A program made the position numbers and the translations under genes. Shown piece after piece: positions 7,255 to 16,467 of a stretch of 64,000 nt of DNA (its first letter is position 1; each line of letters starts with the position of its first letter). A model generated the notes under the pieces. The model had not been told where the DNA came from. It saw only the letters and a program-made list of their open reading frames with translations, and did not search any database. Source of the stretch: an uncultured virus (IMG/VR IMGVR_UViG_3300020255_000001) (Duplodnaviria > Heunggongvirae > Uroviricota > Caudoviricetes > Kyanoviridae); the IMG/VR virus record IMGVR_UViG_3300020255_000001; one strand, written 5' to 3'.

Positions 7255-7427
7255 GCAAAAAACCCTATTAATAAAAAGGTATAAAAAAATATAGTTTATA
7301 ATTTTATATCTCTTTAAATATCTCTAGGAATAGGAGTCTTAGGAAGTTAGCACGAAACGGATTTTTTTTCTACCTATTCTGTTACACTATGTCATAATAA
7401 CTGCAACTTAACATATATTCCCAGATA

Positions 7428-7484
7428 TTCACATATATTAGAATTATTCGCTATAATTAATATAACAACACTAACTAACCCACT
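7428..7484 (+). promoter_or_regulatory. Early sigma70-like promoter cassette
   Basis: TTCACA 7428-7433, 18-nt spacer, TATAAT 7452-7457, AACACT 7467-7472, ATG 7485. Confidence 0.75.
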
Positions 7485-7694
7485 ATGGAAACTATTAATC
7501 TTAATAACATCACTTGGAGACAGTTCACACAGACAAAATATTTTCAGAAAAGATTTAATATGGAAAAATTTACTATGGGCGTGTATGGTGCTAACAAATA
7601 CCTATCTGAAACTCTTGCATATCTCAGAAAAGAAAATGCGATCCTAGTAGATGGCGAGAAACTACAATTTCCTAATGAGGGGTGCTTATACTAA
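7485..7694 (+). CDS. Hypothetical early protein
   Basis: 69-aa ORF after the leader motif. Confidence 0.7.
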   Translation: METINLNNITWRQFTQTKYFQKRFNMEKFTMGVYGANKYLSETLAYLRKENAILVDGEKLQFPNEGCLY

Positions 7695-7887
7695 TAGCAC
7701 CATTCTCAATAAGTGACACAGGTGAGAATGAAAACGATTATCATTTTCGCCTTGTGACAGTTGGCAAAGTGGCATATTAAAAAATTCCATTTTGTCTAAC
7801 CTACAAAAGTATAGGGTTTGATATATTATCGAAAACGCATTTAAGGTACCCTGATATATAAAAAAAATCCCAAAAAAAATTTTACGT

Positions 7888-8307
7888 ATGGACCATTTGC
7901 TAAAAAAGTACGAGGATGATTACTCCCCTTGGTTAGGTCGCCCTTGGAAACAGCAAAGGGGTGGAGGGTGTTTCACACTCATCTATGATTATATGAAGGA
8001 TACTGGAGTACAGGAGTTCTCTCAGGACTACTCTCTTACAGTTAGGGAATACAAGTTAGAGGATATAGAAGGAGAGGGTTGGAGCATTATCTTCGAGAAA
8101 GAAGAAGGTGACTGTGAATTTGACTCAGGTATTTTGAAAAAGAACGACGTGATATGCTTCTCATTTGGGGGTGATAAAATAAAGCACGCAGCGATATATT
8201 TGGGTGATGGGTTAATACTTCAACACAAGTATGCGTACGTTAGTAATCTAGAATACATAAAATCCTATATACCATTGATACGCTATATTTTACGAAAGAA
8301 TGAGTAA
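7888..8307 (+). CDS. NlpC/P60 family cysteine peptidase
   Basis: LGRPW...GGCF.LI.DY (Cys) and HAAIYLGDG.ILQH (His, His). Confidence 0.8.
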   Translation: MDHLLKKYEDDYSPWLGRPWKQQRGGGCFTLIYDYMKDTGVQEFSQDYSLTVREYKLEDIEGEGWSIIFEKEEGDCEFDSGILKKNDVICFSFGGDKIKHAAIYLGDGLILQHKYAYVSNLEYIKSYIPLIRYILRKNE

Positions 8308-8464
8308 ACGATTTCTAGTTCCCATCGAGGAAGATGACTATGGTGAAATGACTTTTAAGATACCAGATACGATAGTTGAAGAACTTGGATGGGGAGTAGG
8401 AGATATGTTACAATATGATATAGAGGACGATCATTTTATTATCCGTAAGGCAGATGACATTTAA
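8300..8464 (+). CDS. AbrB/MazE/SpoVT-like DNA-binding protein (54 aa)
   Basis: Hand-translated; F.IP..I.EELGW..GD.L.Y.I....IIRK swapped-hairpin pattern. Confidence 0.7.
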   Translation: MSKRFLVPIEEDDYGEMTFKIPDTIVEELGWGVGDMLQYDIEDDHFIIRKADDI

Positions 8465-8621
8465 CTCAAAAGAACTTGGTTTAATCTACAAGGCAGTAGA
8501 CTTGTATAAGAACTCACTGTCACAGTATCAGTCTGTGGAGTATGAAGATTGTGAAGAAATATTAGATAGAATAACACCGAATGTGTCCAGATATAGGGGA
8601 CACTATGTTTGTGACCACTAG
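8454..8621 (+). CDS. 55-aa hypothetical protein
   Basis: Hand-translated (MTFNSKELGLIYKAV...); overlaps the upstream stop. Confidence 0.55.
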   Translation: MTFNSKELGLIYKAVDLYKNSLSQYQSVEYEDCEEILDRITPNVSRYRGHYVCDH

Positions 8622-8687
8622 AGAGGCATTTAGAGGGGTCTGACGTGAGAATCGTTACCCCCGCGTCGTCGTAACTATTCTGAAATC

Positions 8688-9227
8688 GTGATGAATTTTG
8701 AACTAATCGATAACTTCCTCCCCCCGAACGAATTTGAGGAGATCCAAGACTACTTTACGGGGCAAGACTTTCCGTGGTATGTAAACCAAGCGAAGGTAAT
8801 GCACGTTGCCCGAATGGTAGATCCTGAGTTGCAAGCGAAAGAGATATATAACTGGCAAATGGTAAACTACGTATATGGAGGAGGACAACCTCTAGGACCT
8901 CAGTATGAGAAGGTATTACCTATAATAAACAGATTACAACCAAGAGCACTGATACGTATAAAGGCAAACCTAAACCACCATACAGATAGACTACAGGAAT
9001 ATGACTTTCATACAGACTGTGGTGAGTATGGGTCTAATGAATTTGAAGGTGCTACCACTGCAATATACTATCTAAATGACAATAATGGTTATACATACTT
9101 TCAAGACGGTACTAAAGTTGACAGTAAGGCAAATCGTTTGCTACAATTTAAGGTGAATACACCTCACGCAGGTACCAGTTGCACAGACCAAAAGTTCCGT
9201 GTAGTATTGAATTTTAATTATTTTTAA
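8688..9227 (+). CDS. 2OG-Fe(II) oxygenase superfamily protein
   Basis: H-T-D facial triad, TTAIYYLN..NG.T.F, PHAG, and C-terminal R.V.NFNY. Confidence 0.8.
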   Translation: MMNFELIDNFLPPNEFEEIQDYFTGQDFPWYVNQAKVMHVARMVDPELQAKEIYNWQMVNYVYGGGQPLGPQYEKVLPIINRLQPRALIRIKANLNHHTDRLQEYDFHTDCGEYGSNEFEGATTAIYYLNDNNGYTYFQDGTKVDSKANRLLQFKVNTPHAGTSCTDQKFRVVLNFNYF

Positions 9228-9511
9228 TGGAAAACCAAGAAGATCTAGTAATACCTCAAGATATAGAGGTACCTAACTTTAAATCTATAGAGGAGGAGAA
9301 CGAGTGGAGGTTTGAGATGATAGCAAAGACTGCTACTAACCTTGCTAACCGTACTCAGCAGATAGAAGCATTTTTAAGTAGAGGTGCTGATATGATACAA
9401 TATAAAGTTCCTGGAAACGATAATCACAGTAATCTACTACAGGTATTTGATACTATTTTTGACAGACTAAATAAAATTGAAGAAACTCTAGCACAAATGG
9501 ATGCCCGCTAA
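9227..9511 (+). CDS. Conserved cyanophage hypothetical protein (coiled-coil)
   Basis: 94 aa; YK.PG...FD..F.RLNKIE motif. Confidence 0.7.
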   Translation: MENQEDLVIPQDIEVPNFKSIEEENEWRFEMIAKTATNLANRTQQIEAFLSRGADMIQYKVPGNDNHSNLLQVFDTIFDRLNKIEETLAQMDAR

Positions 9512-12500
9512 GATTCTAGAAACAGGTCGTTCTTATATGAACCCTGTTGACTCTGAAGATTATACTAAGACATACACTGGAACTAATGTACCCGCAGGAT
9601 ACACTATACAGTTTCAAGGTGTAGGTCCTGGTGGGTACAAGTTTGGTAAAGATCAAGTATTTTACCTTGGTGAACCTACTGAGGTGTGTTTAGATAACTG
9701 TAATGCAGAGAGAACCACTATCTTTAGGTACTATAGTGGTAAGCAGCGTGATCACGCATATACAAAGAGTGATGTTATGGAGGATACTCAGGAAGAGTTC
9801 CGTTCCTATAACAGAGAACCTCGTCAAAGGTCAGCAGCATACTTCTCTTTGATGAAAGATAGTCAAACAGGTACTTCCGCTGTGTACCGTAACTATGATT
9901 CCGTAAATAATGATACATATTTAACTACAGGAAGCGGAGGAGAGTTACTAGGGTATATTTGGACATCTGAAAGTGCTGCTAACTCATCTGGTTTACTAAA
10001 AGGAGGAGAAAGTGTAACTCCTCTGTATGAATATAAGTTACCAAACGGAGTAAACCGTGGTCCTGATACATTTTATACAATAAATCCCGTAACTGAGGTA
10101 AATTTAGAGGTAGGAGTTGCGGGAGTTCCTGATTGTTTGGATGCTAGACAGCAACAATACGCATATGTGGGCATTTTTGGGTATGTAATGACCTCTACAG
10201 GTCCAAGAGGTAAGAAAAGAATAGAAAATTTAGGTGGACCGAGGAATACTGGGGAAATTTCCCGTGCAGGATGGTATAATTGGGATGAAGCGGGTAATTA
10301 TGGGGAAAGAGACTACTTAGAATCGATGGATAACCCATCTCAGTCAGGTTGGGGTGGTTCTAACGTAGAAATATTGAGTACAGCAGCGTATTATGAGTGG
10401 TTTTACGGAAAAAACGGACCAGTAAAAGGTTCTGTACCAAAATCACTCAATTTTCACGATGCTTTTGAGGGACAATTCGTATATTACCTCTATGATACCT
10501 CATATCCGTGGAATGGACCCGTATATGGTATAAATTTCCTCACAACTAACGCTCCTTGTCTACAAAACTCTAATCAGCAACCTACTTATGAATATCATAC
10601 CTTCAATTACACTATAAAAGAGAGTGCGTGGGTTACACAGAAGACTAGGATATATGTGGATGCTCCTCAGAACCAAGTAGGTGCAAATGAGTCATTCTGG
10701 GGAACTTGCACTGATGAACACCGCATATTTTTTAGATATACCTCTAGCACTGGGTTTTTTGGAGTAGGAGAACGCATAAACAACTGGATGATTAGTGCGT
10801 GTCGCTATTTTGGTGATGAAATGAACTGCGGATATATGGAATTGACCCAAATAAACAATGAAACCGCAGGAAATGCGTTCACATACAACCAATCTTTCAC
10901 TTCAACCAATGGCGGGAGTATAAATGTACTAGCAGGATACGGTATAAAGGACAAAGCAGCGTTCTGGGGAGTGTATGAGTTCCCAAAAAGAGTATCTTAT
11001 GTACCAGTTTCACTAAAAGAGGGTGCACTTATACCAGATCGTAACCTAGATGAGGCATTTTTAGAGGCAAGAATTGATGAATTAGGAAAAGTTGCGTCAA
11101 TTAACATCATTAATAGCGGAAAAGACTACAAAGATCCCGATCTTGCGATAGAATTTCCAGAAACATTGCGTGAACAAGGGTTTGCAGACGATATGAAGTT
11201 CCGTCAAGAGATATTTAAGAACGATACAGGTATAAATTTACAGTCAAAAGCGGTAGAAGACCCAGATTTTAAGGATGGAGAGCAAAGTTCCAAGGACGGA
11301 ACAGCATCTATTCTTAATGAATCCTATAAAAACGAGTCTGGATTTAGAGGAACGTTAAGACAAGCACAGTTAAGAGCAGTTTTAGACGATCAAGGTAGTA
11401 TTATAAACGTAATTATTGAAGATCCTGGTCAAGGATACAGTCCTGCGTCTCAACCAAAGATATTAGTTGCAGAAAGATATGAGGAACAACTAGAAGAAAG
11501 GGGTACAGACAACCAAGTTCAAGATTTAGATTTACAATATAACTCAACTTTAAAGACTGGACAATTAGATCCTGAGATGCAAGAGCAGGTAAATGCCAAT
11601 TTAGATAACTTTGAAGAAGATATTCCTGAGTATGATCAACCTAGAAGTGAAGGAACAGTCACAAGTTACATTAATATGCCAGATGTTAACCCAGAAGAGA
11701 TGAGTAAAGACTGTGAATCTACTCCAAAGAACTGTATTAACCTAGAAGTTGCACCTGGATGGAGTGATATTAATAATATTTACGATACAGACACTACTTT
11801 TGCAAGTGTGCGGAGATATGCACCAGACTTTAACGAAAGAAACGCGGAAATATCGCAGATGTGGCAAATGTCCCGTGAAACATCTGATGAAGTTAACGCA
11901 GATACGGGTGGAATAGAGTCATTATATCCGCAAGGGTGTGAAGAATGGGAACAACCAAACATATTTCACGTAAGAAGGTTCTTTGACATACCGTGTCCTT
12001 ATGTAACACTAGATGCTGATGGTGAAAAGTCATTATTTGGGTTTATGCCTTACAAGTATTGTGCTAGTCAACAAGAGACTGCAAGGGTACGTGTATCTAT
12101 GGAGATAGAAGGCGATGTAAGCGGTGCAGGAGCGTCTGTAAGCACTGCTTTTAACAATTTCCTTAAAACACTACCTGCACCCACATTAACACGTCCTAGG
12201 AAGATTACAAACCTACCTAATGGAATAAAAGCACATCCTTGTTTCCAAGGAGATGCAGAGGGTAGATGTTATCAAACCTCCGCAGGTCAATACGCATTTG
12301 TTCCTCTTGGCGGTGATGAAAATACATTTGATTACGGATTATCTGGAATGACGGAGTTAGGGCAACTACAAACGTGGATAGGAAACAATGTTAGCGGATA
12401 TGGAGGAAGTACTAACTTCACTTACGGTTATAACACCGTATCAATCGCAGCGTGTAGCGGAGGAAAGTTACCTAATCCGTGTTGGCACAATTTTGTCACG

Positions 12501-12809
12501 GATGGAGTGCTAGATGTCAATAAGGGATATGATGGAGGTGGAAGTGCTCTTTCACAAGCGGATTTGTGTAGTTCCTCACCATTACAAGCGTGTAGTGGTA
12601 CAAACGGTAGTGCTCTGTACCAAGTGGTACACGCTGCTATATCCATAGATCCAAACTTAGTCAACGCGGACAACTATATAGAGATGGGACCCTACGAGGG
12701 TACATTACTCTATCGTAATTATTCCGCAGCGAGCACAAAGTTACTAGATGACACAATGAACAACTACGGAAACCCTTACTTTGATGAATGTGATTTAAGG
12801 TTCGACTAA
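9501..12809 (+). CDS. Large putative virion structural protein
   Basis: 1102 aa; I.IINSG..Y and I.DPGQGY repeats shared with gp7; late-promoter-like CTAAATA at 9467. Confidence 0.7.
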   Translation: MPAKILETGRSYMNPVDSEDYTKTYTGTNVPAGYTIQFQGVGPGGYKFGKDQVFYLGEPTEVCLDNCNAERTTIFRYYSGKQRDHAYTKSDVMEDTQEEFRSYNREPRQRSAAYFSLMKDSQTGTSAVYRNYDSVNNDTYLTTGSGGELLGYIWTSESAANSSGLLKGGESVTPLYEYKLPNGVNRGPDTFYTINPVTEVNLEVGVAGVPDCLDARQQQYAYVGIFGYVMTSTGPRGKKRIENLGGPRNTGEISRAGWYNWDEAGNYGERDYLESMDNPSQSGWGGSNVEILSTAAYYEWFYGKNGPVKGSVPKSLNFHDAFEGQFVYYLYDTSYPWNGPVYGINFLTTNAPCLQNSNQQPTYEYHTFNYTIKESAWVTQKTRIYVDAPQNQVGANESFWGTCTDEHRIFFRYTSSTGFFGVGERINNWMISACRYFGDEMNCGYMELTQINNETAGNAFTYNQSFTSTNGGSINVLAGYGIKDKAAFWGVYEFPKRVSYVPVSLKEGALIPDRNLDEAFLEARIDELGKVASINIINSGKDYKDPDLAIEFPETLREQGFADDMKFRQEIFKNDTGINLQSKAVEDPDFKDGEQSSKDGTASILNESYKNESGFRGTLRQAQLRAVLDDQGSIINVIIEDPGQGYSPASQPKILVAERYEEQLEERGTDNQVQDLDLQYNSTLKTGQLDPEMQEQVNANLDNFEEDIPEYDQPRSEGTVTSYINMPDVNPEEMSKDCESTPKNCINLEVAPGWSDINNIYDTDTTFASVRRYAPDFNERNAEISQMWQMSRETSDEVNADTGGIESLYPQGCEEWEQPNIFHVRRFFDIPCPYVTLDADGEKSLFGFMPYKYCASQQETARVRVSMEIEGDVSGAGASVSTAFNNFLKTLPAPTLTRPRKITNLPNGIKAHPCFQGDAEGRCYQTSAGQYAFVPLGGDENTFDYGLSGMTELGQLQTWIGNNVSGYGGSTNFTYGYNTVSIAACSGGKLPNPCWHNFVTDGVLDVNKGYDGGGSALSQADLCSSSPLQACSGTNGSALYQVVHAAISIDPNLVNADNYIEMGPYEGTLLYRNYSAASTKLLDDTMNNYGNPYFDECDLRFD

Positions 12810-12979
12810 TGACTCCAACTTACCACATCTATCTAAACGAGAAGTGTTTATTCAAAAACTTAAACCAAGAAGAGTTTGATCTCATCTGGGGTAGGATATA
12901 TAAGTCCTACTTTGCGGATGAACTCACATACTCTGCTGTTTTTGAAAAAGCAGAAGACTATTCAGACGCATCTTTCTAA
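12809..12979 (+). CDS. 56-aa conserved cyanophage hypothetical protein
   Basis: Hand-translated (MTPTYHIYLNEKCLFKNL..EEF..IW); TAATG coupling. Confidence 0.65.
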   Translation: MTPTYHIYLNEKCLFKNLNQEEFDLIWGRIYKSYFADELTYSAVFEKAEDYSDASF

Positions 12980-12980
12980 A

Positions 12981-13508
12981 ATGGGAAAACCAATGCCAGT
13001 TGCAAGTCATAATGGTCTACCTTGTAGTGGGCACGGGATTCCTATACCTTCAACTATTCACGCTCAACAACCTTGCGGAAGTCCACCCATACCATTTACT
13101 ATCGAGATAAAAGATAAAACTTGTTGGTGGCCACCCACTCCATTGATTCCTCTAACTGGATTGACACCTGAGAGATCATTAGTATTAGTAAATAAACTTC
13201 CTATTATGTTGGAGATGGATGTTTTTACTCCGCACATATCTCCTACTACAAATATCATAAATTATTTGTGTCCCTGCGGAAAAGCAATGTGTATTATTCC
13301 AACACCAATAATTTGCGGATTGTTGACTATAGAAGATAAAGGTGGTATTGGTCACGAAAGAATTTTAAACGCTACTACATTTACAGTATTTGCCCTTAAG
13401 AGAAGAGTTGCCAGAATGCTAGACCCATTAGGTGCAGGATTACCAAAAGTATCCTGGCCGTGTAAATCGGTTGTTGCTTATGGTTCACCTACTGTTCTCT
13501 GTGGTTAA
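12981..13508 (+). CDS. PAAR-like baseplate spike tip protein (T4 gp5.4-like)
   Basis: CSGHG, VLVNKLP, DVFTPH, VAR..DPLG, C.SVVAYGSPTVLCG motifs; lies upstream of gp25; ATG 12981 preferred over 12876. Confidence 0.65.
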   Translation: MGKPMPVASHNGLPCSGHGIPIPSTIHAQQPCGSPPIPFTIEIKDKTCWWPPTPLIPLTGLTPERSLVLVNKLPIMLEMDVFTPHISPTTNIINYLCPCGKAMCIIPTPIICGLLTIEDKGGIGHERILNATTFTVFALKRRVARMLDPLGAGLPKVSWPCKSVVAYGSPTVLCG

Positions 13509-13512
13509 TCCA

Positions 13513-13644
13513 ATGGAAAAGACTAAAACGAAAAGTTTTGACGAATGGATGAAGGAAATGTTAGAAGGGCAAGAAGAAGATTTGCCAGAGATTCCTGATG
13601 CGTCAGGAATAGATATAGATATAGATTATAGTCATTCACACTGA
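13513..13644 (+). CDS. 43-aa acidic hypothetical protein
   Basis: In-frame ATG within track ORF 13432-13644. Confidence 0.5.
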   Translation: MEKTKTKSFDEWMKEMLEGQEEDLPEIPDASGIDIDIDYSHSH

Positions 13645-13703
13645 GGGAGTACAAAAGATCTCCACTTAGAAGGAGTGCCCTCTTATAAAACTACATTATT
13701 ACT

Positions 13704-13841
13704 ATGGCAAAAACTTTCAGTATGGGTCAAACTATTGAATCCAAACCTAAAAAAACACGACAAGGCAGAGGACAACACAGTAAGTATTCTGCAACTTCTC
13801 GTAACAAAGCAAAAAAACGTTATCGAGGACAAGGTAAATGA
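13704..13841 (+). CDS. 45-aa basic protein typical of the cyanophage gp25-upstream locus
   Basis: Hand-translated; KKTRQG.G.HSKYSATSRNKAKKRYRGQG. Confidence 0.75.
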   Translation: MAKTFSMGQTIESKPKKTRQGRGQHSKYSATSRNKAKKRYRGQGK

Positions 13842-13975
13842 TTCGAGTAGATATGAGTGAAGATTTTATTAAAACTGGTGGATGGTTAGTAACTATGCCC
13901 GAACGTGATAAATACTTAAAACAAATGAAAGTTTTGAGTAATGGCGTACAAGTTCAGAGCAGAACGAACTCTTAG
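13838..13975 (+). CDS. 45-aa hypothetical protein
   Basis: Hand-translated (MIRVDMSEDFIKTGGWLVT...); ATGA coupling. Confidence 0.5.
   Translation: MIRVDMSEDFIKTGGWLVTMPERDKYLKQMKVLSNGVQVQSRTNS
13907..13914 (+). promoter_or_regulatory. T4-type late promoter
   Basis: GATAAATA 26 nt before gp25. Confidence 0.6.
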
Positions 13976-14354
13976 CAGACAATTCAAAGACTTCAGTATT
14001 CAGATGAGAGCAAATCCGAATACTGAAGATTTTACTGTGGTTAAGAATGAAAACGCTATTAAGCAATCAGTACGTAATTTAGTATTAACTGGAATGGGTG
14101 AAAGACCATTTCAACCTAAGATTGGATCACGTTTGAGACAACTATTATTTGAACCATATGATGTTTTTCTAGCACAAGACATAAAAGAAGAAATCATCAA
14201 CGTCGTTAAAAGACTAGAACCAAGAATTAATGTTCGTCAAGTTAGAGTTTTTAATGACCCAGAAGATGAAAACAATCTTCGTGTTGAATTTGACTATACT
14301 ATTGTTGGTGAAACCTTGATACAAACTGTTGACTTCCTATTGGAGACAATATAA
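13941..14354 (+). CDS. gp25: Baseplate wedge subunit gp25
   Basis: KNENAIKQSVRNLVLT..GERPFQP.IGS...LLFE and EPRI motifs. Confidence 0.92.
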   Translation: MAYKFRAERTLSRQFKDFSIQMRANPNTEDFTVVKNENAIKQSVRNLVLTGMGERPFQPKIGSRLRQLLFEPYDVFLAQDIKEEIINVVKRLEPRINVRQVRVFNDPEDENNLRVEFDYTIVGETLIQTVDFLLETI

Positions 14355-16448
14355 ATGCCCGCAATACCCTCAAATTTAACTTCTTTAGATTTTTCGGAAA
14401 TAAAAGAATCTATCAAATCTTATATGAGAACTCGAACTGAGTTCACTGATTACGATTTTGAAGGTTCTGCTGCTTCATATCTACTAGACGTACTAGCATA
14501 TAATACATATTATTCTGCTTTCAACGCTAATATGGCGATGAACGAAGCATTTTTAGAGTCAGCAACAATAAGAGACAACGTAGTAAAGATAGCAAAACAG
14601 TTAAATTATACACCTAGATCAATAAAAGCAGCAAAAGCGTGTGTTGCTTTTTCTGTACAAACTACATTTGTTGGTGCTAGTACCACTTATCCATCTACTG
14701 TAACTATTCCTGCGGGTGATGTATTTGTTTCATCTGTTGATGGTCAAGCATTTACATTTACTGTTCCAGAACAGATCACTCAAATGGTAGATCAACAGAC
14801 TGGTATTGCATCTTTTAACAAAACAATCATATATCAAGGAAACTTACTTTCATATGAGTATGATGTTGTTGATGTTAAAAAAAGAAAATATGAAATTCCT
14901 GTTGACAACATAGATACAGACTTACTTTATGTGTCTATTTCACCTAACGCTCAGAGTGAAGAGATTGACACTTATAACCAAATTACAAATATTGTTAATG
15001 TTGACGGAACAACTCGTGGATATTTCTTAGAAGAAACTGACGATTTAAGATATACAATTATATTTGGTGATGGTGTTATTGGTAGAGAACTAATTGCAGG
15101 TGAGGTTATAAGACTGAAATATGTTAGAACAGATGGACCAGAAGCAAATGGTTGTAAGAAGTTTACTTTTATAGGTCAAGTAAGAGATAATACTGGTCGT
15201 GCTGTATCATCTGCTAACATCTCTCTAGCGACCGTAGATGCCTCTCAGGACGGTGAAATGGGAGAAGATGTTATATCCATCAAGTACAATGCTCCAAGGG
15301 CATTCAGTGCTCAAAACAGAGCAGTCACGGAGTCCGACTATGAATACATTACTAAACTGGTTTATCCTCAAGCAAAGTCTGTTACTGCATATGGTGGAGA
15401 AAGAATCTATCCACCAGTTTACGGAAAGGTCTTTGTTGCTGTAAAAACTAAGTCTGGTGCTGCATTAAACGCAACTACTAAGAAGCGTATTAAGAATGAT
15501 TTGTTGAAATACTCTATGGCAGCGATCGAACCAGTTATTATCGATCCTACAACTCTATACATACGTCCTAAGACTTATGTGTTCTTTGATGGTACTTCAA
15601 CAACACTTTCTAATAATGAACTTGCTTCTAGAGTTCTAGGTGCTATTGATGAGTACAATACTCAAGGATCTGCAAATAGATTTAATGGAAGAATTGATAG
15701 ATCTGCGTTCCAAACAATGATCGACCAGTCACAAAATTCCATAGTTGGTAATCAAACCACTATGACTCTTGGTTTAAATGTTACAGGATTCCCATTTGGA
15801 AGCACATTTACTCAGTGTGTAGACTTTGGTAACTCCATAGTTAATCCTGGTGATATTGGTGCAGGTAATCCTTCTGACTCATCTGGAGGAATAACTTGTA
15901 GTCCTAATTTCTCATCAGTAAAGACTGGTACATTCTACTCAACAGGTTATACAGAAAATTTACTAGATCTTGCTGTATCATCTCAACAACTAACTACAAA
16001 CTCAGTATTGAGTATCAGTACATTTGTAGAAAATGATGCTAGTGCACTTTTACCAGTAAACGTAAGAGATGATGGTAGAGGTAGTTTGATAATGGTTACA
16101 AAACTTGATGAAAAAGAAGTTATTCTTAAATCTGGTGTTGGAACCGTAGATTATAAAACTGGAGAAGTTTGTTTAGGTCCTATAGACGTAGCAAGTACTC
16201 CTGATGGAACAACACGTATTCCTGTTACAGTTCTGCTAGATAGTGGTAATGTAAATATAGGAACTGGTGTAGATCCTACTATTTTCAACCCACAAGTAAT
16301 TACTATAGATTACACCATTGATGGAACTAATATTCCAAACTTCGATCCGTTAGACTTTACTCCAATTAACTTTGACGGAACCTCGATAAATATAATTGAT
16401 TATCCAACCACGGTATTTGAATACCCTGAGTTTGACACTTGCTTCTAA
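14355..16448 (+). CDS. gp6: Baseplate wedge subunit gp6
   Basis: LDF..IK..IK.Y...FTDYDFEGS..LLDVLAYNTYY, FGDGVIG, QNRAVT..DY motifs. Confidence 0.93.
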   Translation: MPAIPSNLTSLDFSEIKESIKSYMRTRTEFTDYDFEGSAASYLLDVLAYNTYYSAFNANMAMNEAFLESATIRDNVVKIAKQLNYTPRSIKAAKACVAFSVQTTFVGASTTYPSTVTIPAGDVFVSSVDGQAFTFTVPEQITQMVDQQTGIASFNKTIIYQGNLLSYEYDVVDVKKRKYEIPVDNIDTDLLYVSISPNAQSEEIDTYNQITNIVNVDGTTRGYFLEETDDLRYTIIFGDGVIGRELIAGEVIRLKYVRTDGPEANGCKKFTFIGQVRDNTGRAVSSANISLATVDASQDGEMGEDVISIKYNAPRAFSAQNRAVTESDYEYITKLVYPQAKSVTAYGGERIYPPVYGKVFVAVKTKSGAALNATTKKRIKNDLLKYSMAAIEPVIIDPTTLYIRPKTYVFFDGTSTTLSNNELASRVLGAIDEYNTQGSANRFNGRIDRSAFQTMIDQSQNSIVGNQTTMTLGLNVTGFPFGSTFTQCVDFGNSIVNPGDIGAGNPSDSSGGITCSPNFSSVKTGTFYSTGYTENLLDLAVSSQQLTTNSVLSISTFVENDASALLPVNVRDDGRGSLIMVTKLDEKEVILKSGVGTVDYKTGEVCLGPIDVASTPDGTTRIPVTVLLDSGNVNIGTGVDPTIFNPQVITIDYTIDGTNIPNFDPLDFTPINFDGTSINIIDYPTTVFEYPEFDTCF
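16385..16392 (+). promoter_or_regulatory. T4-type late promoter
   Basis: GATAAATA upstream of gp7. Confidence 0.5.
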
Positions 16449-16467
16449 GCACCAAAAATAATAAGAG

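Noticed and set aside
863..7484. CRISPR or integron interpretation of the repeated intergenic motifs
   Set aside because: The repeats are degenerate promoter elements separated by whole genes; no cas or integrase genes and no attC structure
13675..13860. 61-aa ORF in the track
   Set aside because: Overlaps the better-supported basic ORF 13704-13841 in another frame
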